Position numbers and translations under genes: made by a program
The notes under the pieces: model-generated
The model's input: the letters and a program-made list of their open reading frames with translations, nothing else
What the model was told of the DNA's origin: nothing
The model's database searches: none
Source of the DNA: a virus
Taxonomy: Duplodnaviria; Caudoviricetes
Strand: one strand, 5' to 3'
IMG/VR virus record: IMGVR_UViG_3300002026_000014
Span: 1 to 64,000 of that record
DNA: 64,000 nucleotides
Part shown: one piece after another, positions 49,073 through 58,698 of the stretch
How the letters are laid out: each line of letters starts with the position of its first letter
How positions within the stretch are numbered: position 1 is the stretch's first letter

Positions 49073-52000
49073 ATGAAAAAAGGTACAGTGAAACAAAATA
49101 ATATCGATAATGACTTTGATCTAAACAGTGATTTAGACATGGGTGATTTTGATTTTGAACTAGAGCCTCCTAAAGATGACAGAAAACCTATTATAAAATT
49201 AGGCGCTGGATTTATAGAAGGAGCTAAGTCAGGTATAAGAGATACCTCGTTTTTAAAGAAAACACTCAAAGACGTATTACCTAAAGGTTTTGGCGATACA
49301 TTAGATATGTCTGATAAAGTAGGTCAAAATATCAGAGGTATTTATGATGACAGTGTTAAAGAAATCAAACCAGCCATTAAAGATTTTAAACGAGTAGCTG
49401 CTAAACTAGTTCCCAAAGACTCATCTTTTGTTCCGAAAAAAGTATCGGATATGATAAAAAGATGGGAAGAGGAAGCTAAAAGTAATGACAGAGATGGCAC
49501 TGCTAGTAAAGATTCTCAAAGAGAAGATTTCCTAAACATACAATTAACCGAAGCCTTTAAAGAACAGTTTACTCAAGCAGCCAAAGATAGAGGTGAAGAT
49601 GCTGCAACAACAAAACTACAACAAGGTTTAGAGTTAACGAGACACCGTGATTTATTTGGGGCGGTTAATCAATCTAATTTATTTCTATCTAGATTAGATA
49701 ACTATCAAACTAACATTACTCTAAAATATCAAAAGAAATCTTTAGAGGTTCATTACAGACAACTGTTTGCTACTCAAGATATTTTAGAAGAAACAAGAAA
49801 GAGTTTTGCACTTCAAACAACCTCGTTTGAAAAAATAGTTAAAAATACAGCTCTGCCTGATTTTGTTAAAATTAATAATTCTGAATTTAGAAACCAAGTA
49901 TTTAAAAATAAGTTTTATGAATCTATTCAGAGAGGTCTATTTGGCGGTAAAGATGACTTTATTGAGAAAATATTTAAAAATATAAAAGAAAAAGCCAAAG
50001 AAAAAGTAAGTAGTTTTACTAATGATTTCAGAATGGGACTCTCCGGTGCTGAAATGGGCACCGACTCACTTGAATCAATGAAAGATATGGGTGGTCCGGG
50101 CGGTGTTGAGATGGCTGGAAGTTTAGCCGGAAGTCTTGGCGCTCAAACTGCTGGTGGATGGCTTGCGAAAAAAGTAGTTAAACCTTTTTTAGATAAAAAT
50201 CAAGGTGTGCAAGATACTTTTAATAAAGCAGGAAGATATGTTAATAATGCTGGCAGACATCTAACAGACTTTAAAAATAGCGATAAGTACCAAGATACGT
50301 ATGATCCAGATCAACCGTTAGCTTCTAAAATGAAGAATGGGTTATTTAGATTCATTCAAGATATTTTACCAGGTCAAGGTATTGAGACTACCATGGATAA
50401 AGTTGGTAGTAAAGACATGGACTCACCGTATGTAATTACGAGGAGAACAGATAAATCTTTAAATGAAGTCATACCTGGGTATTTAGCAAGAATTCTAAGA
50501 GAAGTACAAGTAATTAGAACAGGTAACAATGATGTTGAATTAACAAAGTTTGATTTTGATTCTAGTAAATTTATATCTGCTAGTCAATCTCTACTCAATG
50601 CAAAAAATATTCTTATTCCTAAGAAAGCAATAAACCACACTGCTAAGAGTGTAGACGAGTTATTAAATCAAGTGGATCCCAGTGGGACAAAGTTAACTGA
50701 AAATTTAAGAACTCAAATAAAACAAACTTTATTAAGTAATGATCCTGCTAATAGTAAAATGAGTGTATCATCGCTCATTGATAAAATGGATCCAAAGAAA
50801 TTATTAAAACCGGAATTAAGGAAACTCTTAGAGAAAATATTAGTTTCCAAATCATCCAACGCATCTGGTGTAAATGAAAGTTTAGATGAATTAATGGAAA
50901 TGCTTGATTCGGGTAAATTATCTAAATCAGCAAGAGCCGAGTTAAAAAAGAAATTATTAGATAATAGCGTATCTAATAAAGGTGCTAATAAAGGTAATTT
51001 AGCCAAACGTTCAGGTTACAGTTCCGAACATGCAAGTGAAATATCTTCTCACATGGAAGAATATTTTTCGAAAGTCAGTAAAACCGATTTAGAGAAATTT
51101 GAAGATAAACACAATTCTATTAAAAACAATTTTCCAGATCCTAGAACATACATGCAGGAGATGATAAATCTAGGCAGGGGTGACGAACTTGAAGAAATGG
51201 GTCTGCTAAATGAAGACGGTGTTACTTTCAATACATCTAAATATTTAGAATATTTCAGAGGATCTAAAGACTTAGGTGAAACAACTCCAACACCAACGAC
51301 TGGTAAAAGAAAGAAGAAAAGAAAACTAGTTAGGTCAGACATTAGTGCAAAGAAAGATTTTAAGAAATTTAATGGTAAATCCGCATTGGACGCCATTAAG
51401 AAAACATTAATTTCTGCATGGAATTATAAAGACGGTAAAGGTGATGGCGGCTCACATGTGGGCCCTATGGCACAAACAGTTAATAAGACTATGGGTGAAG
51501 ACGCTGCACCTGGATCAGATAAAATTGATTTAGTAACAATGAACGGCATGACAATGTCAGCCATTCAAGAATTAGATAAGCGTCAACAAAAAATAGGTAA
51601 TGGTAAAGTATCTGGAAAAGTTAGAAATTCAGATAAGCCAAATAATAATTCATTAGATAATCATTTGTTAAGCATAAGGTGCTTATTAGAGGAAATTAGA
51701 GATACTAGTAAAGCAAGTATTAGCATTGCATTAGGTGGCATTCCTAATTTCTCTTCCGATGTTGATTTTAGTAAATTTAATGTAAACGGGTTTAACGTAA
51801 ATAAATTTAAAACCTGGTATAATTCAAACAGAGATAAAGCAATAAAAGCAGGTGAAAAAGCTAAACAAACATTTGATGACACTATTCCAGGTATGTTATC
51901 GAGATGGATGTACAATGGCGCTGAAGGCACAGGTAAAGCTTATAATTACGCTAAAGATAAAACAGTGACTGGTACTAAAATAGCGACTGAACAAATAGGT

Positions 52001-55000
52001 AAAGCAGCTAAAGCAACTAAAGAAAAAGCAATAAAAACATTTACTAAAACACAAGCTTGGTACGAAAATGACATTTACGATATTTGGAGAGAAGGTGAAG
52101 ATAAACCTAGACTCTATGCTATTAGAATATCGCACGGTGCTTATGTGAATTTGAAAACTGGTAAAGCAATTTATCATCAAAGAGAAATCACTGGACCTAT
52201 TGCTGACGCTAATAATTTATCTAGAATTTTAATTAGTGAAGAAGATCTTCCTTTTCTCTACACTAGAAATCCAAAATCTTTAGTTAAAAGAGCATTTAAA
52301 GCTTCTAAAGATTTCACAGTCGACACCTTTAATAAAGCAAAAGATAAAATTAACGAGTATACACCGTCAGTTATAAAGTTTGCAAAAGAACTAGTTGAAG
52401 GTGCTTGGAGTAATACAAAATTAGTAGTTAATAAAGCTTATTCGTTTATTGACTCACCTGTAGACATTTATGTCAAAGGTGATACGTTACCTACGCTTCT
52501 TGCTGTTGTCATGAAAGGCGGAGGTTATTTTTCCTGTATGACTAATAAACCAATTATTCGTCCTGGTGAAATTGACGGTCCCGTTAAAGGTGTGGATGGT
52601 AATATTATTTTAACATTGGATCATATTAAAAAAGGTCTAGTGGATCATTTAGGTAATCCGCTTAAAACACCTTTAGATAAGATAAGAAATCTTTTAAGTG
52701 ACACTTTAGATGGTGGGATACGTTTAGGTAACTTAGCTTGGGAAGGTGTAAAAACTTTTGGTAGAAAAGCTTCTAAAGCATTGGGTTCATTGTTTAGTGA
52801 ATTCTCTATTGAAATTAACGGCAAAAAAAGTTTAGGTGTGTTAGAACAAATCAGAGATTTACTTTACAACAAGTACAAAAGATACATACCTAAGTCTTCT
52901 AAGCAAACAGATAACAAAACAAATAGTGAATTAAAAACAACGTCATCAAAACCTACTGAGTTAGGAAGTAAAGTACAAGCTAGAGCAATGAATGCACTAG
53001 AGGTTGTAAAAGACGTTGCAAAAGATATCTACGTTCAAGGTGAAACTTCTCCACGTATATTAGATTTCAAGCTAAAATTAGGACATTATAAAGACGCTAT
53101 CACCAACATAACCATTACTGATTTAAAAGACATTATTAATGATGTCAAAGATGAAGCAGGTAAAGTGGTTTTAAGTGCTACTGACTTAACTAAGCTTGCT
53201 TATTACGATGTTAAAGCCAACGTTTATAAAAAACTAGAGTTAGCCAAGAATAGTAAAATTTTAAGTGATTTGAAAAACACTGCTGCTAAAGCAGCTAATT
53301 TACTACCACCATCTACACAAGGTGCGATATCCTCAGCTATGAATAAAGCAAAGGATGCTCTAACTAACGCTAAAGATAAAGTGATGGATGTGTATGCTAG
53401 TGCATCAGCTGATCCAGTTTTATATGCATCTAAATTAGCGCAAGGTCTATACAGAGACAAAGAAACTAATGGAGTCATTACTCATCAGAGCCAGATCACT
53501 GGTGAAGTGGTGGATGAAAATAATAACACAGTCATCACAAGAGAAGATTTGCCTAAATTATCTACATTCTCAATTGAGAGTGGTAGATTTAAACCATTAA
53601 AATTAATTGGTAGAGGCATCATGGCTATCGTGAAACCATTATGGTACTATCAAACTAAGATAGCTCCTAAAATGGTGGCATGGAATTTTAAAATGATCGG
53701 TAAAGCTTTAAAGTTAGGTGGTAAAATAATTAGTGGGGCTTTGGGTTTAGGTAAAGGTAAATGCAGAGATGTGTTTGTCGGTGAAGAAAAAGAACCTCGG
53801 TTATACGCCACTAAACTAGAACTCGGTCATTATAGATTAAAAGACAGTAATAAAGTTATTTTTCATCACACTGATATCACTGGTGAAGTGGTGGATGAAA
53901 ATGATCAGGTGAAATTGTTTGATGAAGATCTAGATAATTTAAAAGTTTATAATTCTATTCTTAGAGTTTTTAATCCATTTAAATTAATAGGTTGGGTTGG
54001 TAAAAAAATAGGACAAGGAACGGTTTGGTTCCAAAAGAAAATGTTAGGTTTATCTAAATCTATTTTCAAAGGAATAGGTTGGGTTGGGAAAAAAGTAATT
54101 ACTGGAATTGTTAACTACATGAGTAAGCCGGGTGATGTGTATGTCATTGATCGGCCAAAATCACCTGCACTCAGGGGTGAGTTAATGAAAGCAGGTGAAT
54201 ACATATCTTCTGTTTCCAATAAAATAATTTCTAAAATTAGTGACATTGATGGTGAAATTAAGAATGTGGAAACAGGTGAAATTGTTCTCAGTGAAGAAGA
54301 TATTAAGAAAGGTTTAATTAATAGTCAAGGTAAACCTATCAAACTCACGTTGCTTAAATTCATTGGAAGCATGTTAGGTAAACTCAACAGAGCTTTTAGC
54401 ATGAAAGTGGCATTAAAGGGTAAACGCGTTGGCGGCCCAGCTGTGCCTAAACGTGAGAGTAGCAAAGCTAAACTACTAAGTACACCTGAAGAGAAAACCG
54501 CTTCTTATACTGAAAAAACAGTAAATGTTCTTCAAGACATGTTAGCTGTCTTGAAAAGGAAATTTGAACCTAAGAAAATTCTAGGTGATAAAGACGGTGA
54601 CGGTATCAGAGAAAACTCTTATGAAGATATCATGAGAAAGAAAGGTTTTCTCACTGCGAGTAAGGATAAGGATAAAACAGCAAATAAAGCATTACCAACA
54701 AAAGCTAAAACTGATGAAAGTAAACCGGGATTTTTAGGTGGACTCTTCAATAAAATTTTTGGTAAAAAAGAAGATGTTGCTGAAGAAAGTTTAGACGAAT
54801 TATCACAGATTAAAAAGATATTATTGAAAATAGCTATATCCGGTGGTATGGGTGGAAAATCCAATATACCTGATTTACCTGATGGTCCTGATGGTAAAAA
54901 GGGTAAAGCTGGTAAAGTGAGTAAATTAGCCAAATATGCAAAATGGGGCGGTCGTGCACTCGGTGTAGGTGGTACTGCGTTGGCTGGATATAGCGCTTAC

Positions 55001-58000
55001 CAAAATATCAAAGAAGGTAACTATGGTGATGCTGCTATAGATGCTGCAACTGGTGTAGGTACTGCTGTAGCAGGTAGTGCACTTGCTGGTGCAGGTACAG
55101 GTGCATTAGCAGGTACAGGCGCGCTTGCTGGCGCTTCTGCTGGCGCTATGGGTACGCTAGGTGCTATTGGTACTGGTGCAGCTGCCATAGGTTCCGGCTT
55201 ACTTGCTGTAATAAGTTCACCAGTTGTATTGGCAGCTGGCGCAGTAGCTTTAACAGGATACGGTTTATACAGAGGTTACAAGTATCTCAAAAACAGAAGT
55301 CAATCACCGTTTGATAAGATCAGGTATGCTCAATACGGTTTCGATAGAAACAAGCCAGAACATGCCAGTAAAATATTGCAACTAGAAGCATACTTAATGG
55401 ATTTAGTTGAAATAAATAACGGTAGCGCTTCTATCAAAGAAGAAAAACTCGACGTTGAAAAATGTTTATCACCATTTGAATTAGATCATAAAAATTCGGA
55501 TGATGTAAATTTATTCTTTGATTGGTATAGAAGACGTTTTAAAGCAGTGTATTTAACACATGTAACTGCACTGTTCGCTATCAACAAGAGTAAAGATTTA
55601 ACCTCAGACATGAGTTTAGATGATAGCGAAAAAAAGACATTTATAAATGCAATTCGTTTCCCAAATGGACCCTACAGTGAAACATGTATGCCGTTGAAAG
55701 ATTTAGGTGCAAATTACAAATGTTCCAATGGTAAAGATGTTTCAGAAGTCATAGAAGAAGTTATCAAAGAATTGAAACTAGATAAACCTAAAGATGATAA
55801 AAAAGTAGAGGTTGTAGGCGCGGCTACTAAAGCTGCTATGGACAATCAAAACGATAATGCTAATCCAACAGGGGATCCTAGGCTACTCAATAACGGTTCT
55901 TTAAATAGCAATGATGATAAGTTAAAACTACCTAACGGTACAATGGCTGCACAGTCCAGTGTTAATAAAAACATGTTATTGGGAAATGATAAAGCTACTG
56001 CATTAGATGCTGTGAAATATAAAGCATACGGTTTAGTTGAATTAGATGCTGATAAAGTAAGAGCATTGAAACAGTTAGAAGCCGAAGTTTTACCAACAGT
56101 TGTTTACTCTAGTGGTAATATAGCGAGTTGGGACGGTAACCCAATAAAGATATTAGATAAGCTAGCGGGCGCTTACGGTATTGGTGACATATACAGTAAA
56201 GAAGCGGGTAACTGGATATTTTGGTTTAGAAATAGATTCTTACCTGTTTATCTAGGTTATCTGACAGGCTACGCAGTTCTTACAGGTAAAACAAGTTCTG
56301 GTCAAGGAAACGATTTAATCAAACCTGTAAACCAAATAGATTTAGCTAAAATTTTAGCTGGATTATCAGGCATTTGGTCAGTAATTAAATCACCGTGGCC
56401 AGATTATAAACTCAATACGGATTCTTCTTCTACTAAAGACAACATTGAATTTTTAATCAGTGTTGCTAAAGATATCAAACTCGAAGAAGAAAAGAAAACA
56501 TATACACCAACTAAAGAAACTGAAAAGTTAACACCACCTAAAGAGACTAATAATTTAAATATCAAAAAAGTGGAAGATACTAAACAAGTAGCTTCAGTTG
56601 ATGCCGGTGAACAAAAACCGAAAGATGTACCAGCGAGTTCTAGTAGCATGGGTCCCACTCCAAAAACTCCACCGATGGCCGATGGTGAAAGATTGGATGG
56701 TAAGAATGCATTGACAGCAGTTAAATTTGCTAAAGGTGCTACTCTGAATAGAACAAACCCAGCGTTGACTAAGTTGTTCTACGGAATGGTGCAAGAGTAT
56801 AATGAGAAAACACATAAAACTGTAGGCGTAAATAGCGGTTATAGGACACGTGAACAACAAGAAGCTGAATACGCTAAAGATCCAAGCAAAGCAGCAAAAC
56901 CAGGAACCAGTTTACATGAATACGGATTAGCTATTGATGTAAATTCTAAAACGTTAGATGAAATGGAAGAAATGGGTTTGATGAAAAAGTATGGCTTGAC
57001 CAGACCAGTGGGCGGTGAGCCATGGCATTTGGAGCCAGCCGGTATTCAGACACGTGCTGATCTTTTTAGAAATAACCCTAGCAGTGCTACAGTGGCAATT
57101 GATGAAGGTGTAGGTAGAGGCGGTGGTGGCATGGGTACATTACCCGGAACAGCACATACTCGTAACACACAGTACGCAATGAAATTGTTAGGTGCGCCTG
57201 TTGATGCTTATCTTAAGACACAGATAACAAAAGACATTGATAAGAGAGCACTTAAAACGCCGGTTAATGATAAAGCAACAGAAGTCGCTAAGTCAGATAG
57301 CAAACAGGGTAAACCAGATGCAGGTAAATACGATTCACCTAAAGTAGATACACCTGTGTCAGGTGAAAATAAACCAGCACCAGTTACTACAGCTGGACAA
57401 TCTGATTTATCAAAGAAAGAAAAATTACCTAGTGACCCATCAGTAAAAATACCTGAACCAACCGGTCCAGGTTTTGAAGGGTTGAAAGCTACAGTTGAAG
57501 CTGCTGCAAAAATGGTAGGTGTAGATCCTAAATTAGCGCTAAGTACAGTGGCTATTGAATCTAACTTTAACCCTAATGCGAAAGCTAAAACATCTAGCGC
57601 AAGTGGTTTGTATCAATTCACTAATAGTACATGGAATGAATCTTTAGCAAAACACGGTAGTAAGTATGGTTTAGATCCAAACACATCTGTGTTTGAACCA
57701 AAAGCAAATTCTATCATGGGTGCTCAGTTCATTAAAACGAATACTCAGAGTTTAACAGGTAGGGTAAAAAGAAATATTGGTCCGACAGAGACTTATATAG
57801 CTCACTTTTTAGGTGCAGGTGGAGCTGCAGAGTTCTTAGGTGCACTAGAAAATAACCCTGATCAATTGGCAGCTGAGTTAATGCCGGCAGCAGCTAAAAG
57901 TAACAGCAGTATCTTTTACGATAAAGGTAGACCTAGAACTGTCAGTGAAGTGTTCACTTTACTTGATAATAAGGTAAGAGAAAAAGCTAAGATTTACGGA

Positions 58001-58606
58001 GTTGAAATGCCACCGGTAAACGGCGGTAAGGGTGACGGTAAATCAGGTGGTGGTAGAGGATCAGTTAACCCATCATTGGTCAGTCCAGATAGTTCAGCCG
58101 AACTTACTGATACAGCCGGTGGTGGTAGAGGATCAGTTAACCCTGAATATGTAACTGATTCAACAACTGACATTGTTAGAAACGATGCCAATACAACACC
58201 GCTTCAAACACCTAATGAAGTACCGGATAACACAGCGATAACACCGCCAGCTGTATCCAGTAAAATAACAGTGAGTGAATCTTTAAACAGTATAAGTAAA
58301 ACACCTCTAAATGATTCATACGGGTTTAATCCAGTATTGGCTAATAAGAGAAGCGATGTCGACAAGAATGCAATTAGTAAAGAGTTATTCCAAACAACAG
58401 AAGGGCTACTGGGTCAATCTCTAGATGTAGAAAAGCAAATGTTGGATATATTGAAAAATATATTTGGTGTGATAAGTAAGGGTAATACTAGTAGTTCAAA
58501 CTCTAGTCCAACTGAACCACCTCAAATCAATGCTCCTAAAACAGCACCAACAAAACCGTACGCTCCACCTAAAGTACCTGTACCCATGCTAAAGACGTTA
58601 GTTTAA
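49073..58606 (+). CDS. Tape measure / tail-associated lysin (phiKZ gp181-like) with internal S74, repeat, M15 peptidase and SLT domains
   Basis: 3177 aa; SDISAKK..GPMAQ..IDL..AIQEL (S74); NSGYRT..S.H..G.AIDV..EPWH (M15); IESNFNPNA..SSASGLYQF...W (lytic transglycosylase). Confidence 0.88.
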   Translation: MKKGTVKQNNIDNDFDLNSDLDMGDFDFELEPPKDDRKPIIKLGAGFIEGAKSGIRDTSFLKKTLKDVLPKGFGDTLDMSDKVGQNIRGIYDDSVKEIKPAIKDFKRVAAKLVPKDSSFVPKKVSDMIKRWEEEAKSNDRDGTASKDSQREDFLNIQLTEAFKEQFTQAAKDRGEDAATTKLQQGLELTRHRDLFGAVNQSNLFLSRLDNYQTNITLKYQKKSLEVHYRQLFATQDILEETRKSFALQTTSFEKIVKNTALPDFVKINNSEFRNQVFKNKFYESIQRGLFGGKDDFIEKIFKNIKEKAKEKVSSFTNDFRMGLSGAEMGTDSLESMKDMGGPGGVEMAGSLAGSLGAQTAGGWLAKKVVKPFLDKNQGVQDTFNKAGRYVNNAGRHLTDFKNSDKYQDTYDPDQPLASKMKNGLFRFIQDILPGQGIETTMDKVGSKDMDSPYVITRRTDKSLNEVIPGYLARILREVQVIRTGNNDVELTKFDFDSSKFISASQSLLNAKNILIPKKAINHTAKSVDELLNQVDPSGTKLTENLRTQIKQTLLSNDPANSKMSVSSLIDKMDPKKLLKPELRKLLEKILVSKSSNASGVNESLDELMEMLDSGKLSKSARAELKKKLLDNSVSNKGANKGNLAKRSGYSSEHASEISSHMEEYFSKVSKTDLEKFEDKHNSIKNNFPDPRTYMQEMINLGRGDELEEMGLLNEDGVTFNTSKYLEYFRGSKDLGETTPTPTTGKRKKKRKLVRSDISAKKDFKKFNGKSALDAIKKTLISAWNYKDGKGDGGSHVGPMAQTVNKTMGEDAAPGSDKIDLVTMNGMTMSAIQELDKRQQKIGNGKVSGKVRNSDKPNNNSLDNHLLSIRCLLEEIRDTSKASISIALGGIPNFSSDVDFSKFNVNGFNVNKFKTWYNSNRDKAIKAGEKAKQTFDDTIPGMLSRWMYNGAEGTGKAYNYAKDKTVTGTKIATEQIGKAAKATKEKAIKTFTKTQAWYENDIYDIWREGEDKPRLYAIRISHGAYVNLKTGKAIYHQREITGPIADANNLSRILISEEDLPFLYTRNPKSLVKRAFKASKDFTVDTFNKAKDKINEYTPSVIKFAKELVEGAWSNTKLVVNKAYSFIDSPVDIYVKGDTLPTLLAVVMKGGGYFSCMTNKPIIRPGEIDGPVKGVDGNIILTLDHIKKGLVDHLGNPLKTPLDKIRNLLSDTLDGGIRLGNLAWEGVKTFGRKASKALGSLFSEFSIEINGKKSLGVLEQIRDLLYNKYKRYIPKSSKQTDNKTNSELKTTSSKPTELGSKVQARAMNALEVVKDVAKDIYVQGETSPRILDFKLKLGHYKDAITNITITDLKDIINDVKDEAGKVVLSATDLTKLAYYDVKANVYKKLELAKNSKILSDLKNTAAKAANLLPPSTQGAISSAMNKAKDALTNAKDKVMDVYASASADPVLYASKLAQGLYRDKETNGVITHQSQITGEVVDENNNTVITREDLPKLSTFSIESGRFKPLKLIGRGIMAIVKPLWYYQTKIAPKMVAWNFKMIGKALKLGGKIISGALGLGKGKCRDVFVGEEKEPRLYATKLELGHYRLKDSNKVIFHHTDITGEVVDENDQVKLFDEDLDNLKVYNSILRVFNPFKLIGWVGKKIGQGTVWFQKKMLGLSKSIFKGIGWVGKKVITGIVNYMSKPGDVYVIDRPKSPALRGELMKAGEYISSVSNKIISKISDIDGEIKNVETGEIVLSEEDIKKGLINSQGKPIKLTLLKFIGSMLGKLNRAFSMKVALKGKRVGGPAVPKRESSKAKLLSTPEEKTASYTEKTVNVLQDMLAVLKRKFEPKKILGDKDGDGIRENSYEDIMRKKGFLTASKDKDKTANKALPTKAKTDESKPGFLGGLFNKIFGKKEDVAEESLDELSQIKKILLKIAISGGMGGKSNIPDLPDGPDGKKGKAGKVSKLAKYAKWGGRALGVGGTALAGYSAYQNIKEGNYGDAAIDAATGVGTAVAGSALAGAGTGALAGTGALAGASAGAMGTLGAIGTGAAAIGSGLLAVISSPVVLAAGAVALTGYGLYRGYKYLKNRSQSPFDKIRYAQYGFDRNKPEHASKILQLEAYLMDLVEINNGSASIKEEKLDVEKCLSPFELDHKNSDDVNLFFDWYRRRFKAVYLTHVTALFAINKSKDLTSDMSLDDSEKKTFINAIRFPNGPYSETCMPLKDLGANYKCSNGKDVSEVIEEVIKELKLDKPKDDKKVEVVGAATKAAMDNQNDNANPTGDPRLLNNGSLNSNDDKLKLPNGTMAAQSSVNKNMLLGNDKATALDAVKYKAYGLVELDADKVRALKQLEAEVLPTVVYSSGNIASWDGNPIKILDKLAGAYGIGDIYSKEAGNWIFWFRNRFLPVYLGYLTGYAVLTGKTSSGQGNDLIKPVNQIDLAKILAGLSGIWSVIKSPWPDYKLNTDSSSTKDNIEFLISVAKDIKLEEEKKTYTPTKETEKLTPPKETNNLNIKKVEDTKQVASVDAGEQKPKDVPASSSSMGPTPKTPPMADGERLDGKNALTAVKFAKGATLNRTNPALTKLFYGMVQEYNEKTHKTVGVNSGYRTREQQEAEYAKDPSKAAKPGTSLHEYGLAIDVNSKTLDEMEEMGLMKKYGLTRPVGGEPWHLEPAGIQTRADLFRNNPSSATVAIDEGVGRGGGGMGTLPGTAHTRNTQYAMKLLGAPVDAYLKTQITKDIDKRALKTPVNDKATEVAKSDSKQGKPDAGKYDSPKVDTPVSGENKPAPVTTAGQSDLSKKEKLPSDPSVKIPEPTGPGFEGLKATVEAAAKMVGVDPKLALSTVAIESNFNPNAKAKTSSASGLYQFTNSTWNESLAKHGSKYGLDPNTSVFEPKANSIMGAQFIKTNTQSLTGRVKRNIGPTETYIAHFLGAGGAAEFLGALENNPDQLAAELMPAAAKSNSSIFYDKGRPRTVSEVFTLLDNKVREKAKIYGVEMPPVNGGKGDGKSGGGRGSVNPSLVSPDSSAELTDTAGGGRGSVNPEYVTDSTTDIVRNDANTTPLQTPNEVPDNTAITPPAVSSKITVSESLNSISKTPLNDSYGFNPVLANKRSDVDKNAISKELFQTTEGLLGQSLDVEKQMLDILKNIFGVISKGNTSSSNSSPTEPPQINAPKTAPTKPYAPPKVPVPMLKTLV
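58046..58143 (+). repeat. 26-nt direct repeat encoding GGGRGSVNP twice
   Basis: ggtggtggtagaggatcagttaaccc at 58046-58071 and 58118-58143. Confidence 0.9.
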
Positions 58607-58613
58607 ACATGTC

Positions 58614-58655
58614 ATAAATCCCAATATAGAGGATTAACTCTATATTGGGATTTAT
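58614..58655. terminator. 18-bp stem hairpin after the tape measure gene
   Basis: ataaatcccaatatagag-gattaa-ctctatattgggatttat. Confidence 0.8.
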
Positions 58656-58698
58656 ATTTTGTTGAGCAATAAAATGAACGATATCAATAAAAAGGATT

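Noticed and set aside
50713-58191. Minus-strand ORFs inside the tape measure
   Set aside because: Short antisense shadows with no motifs
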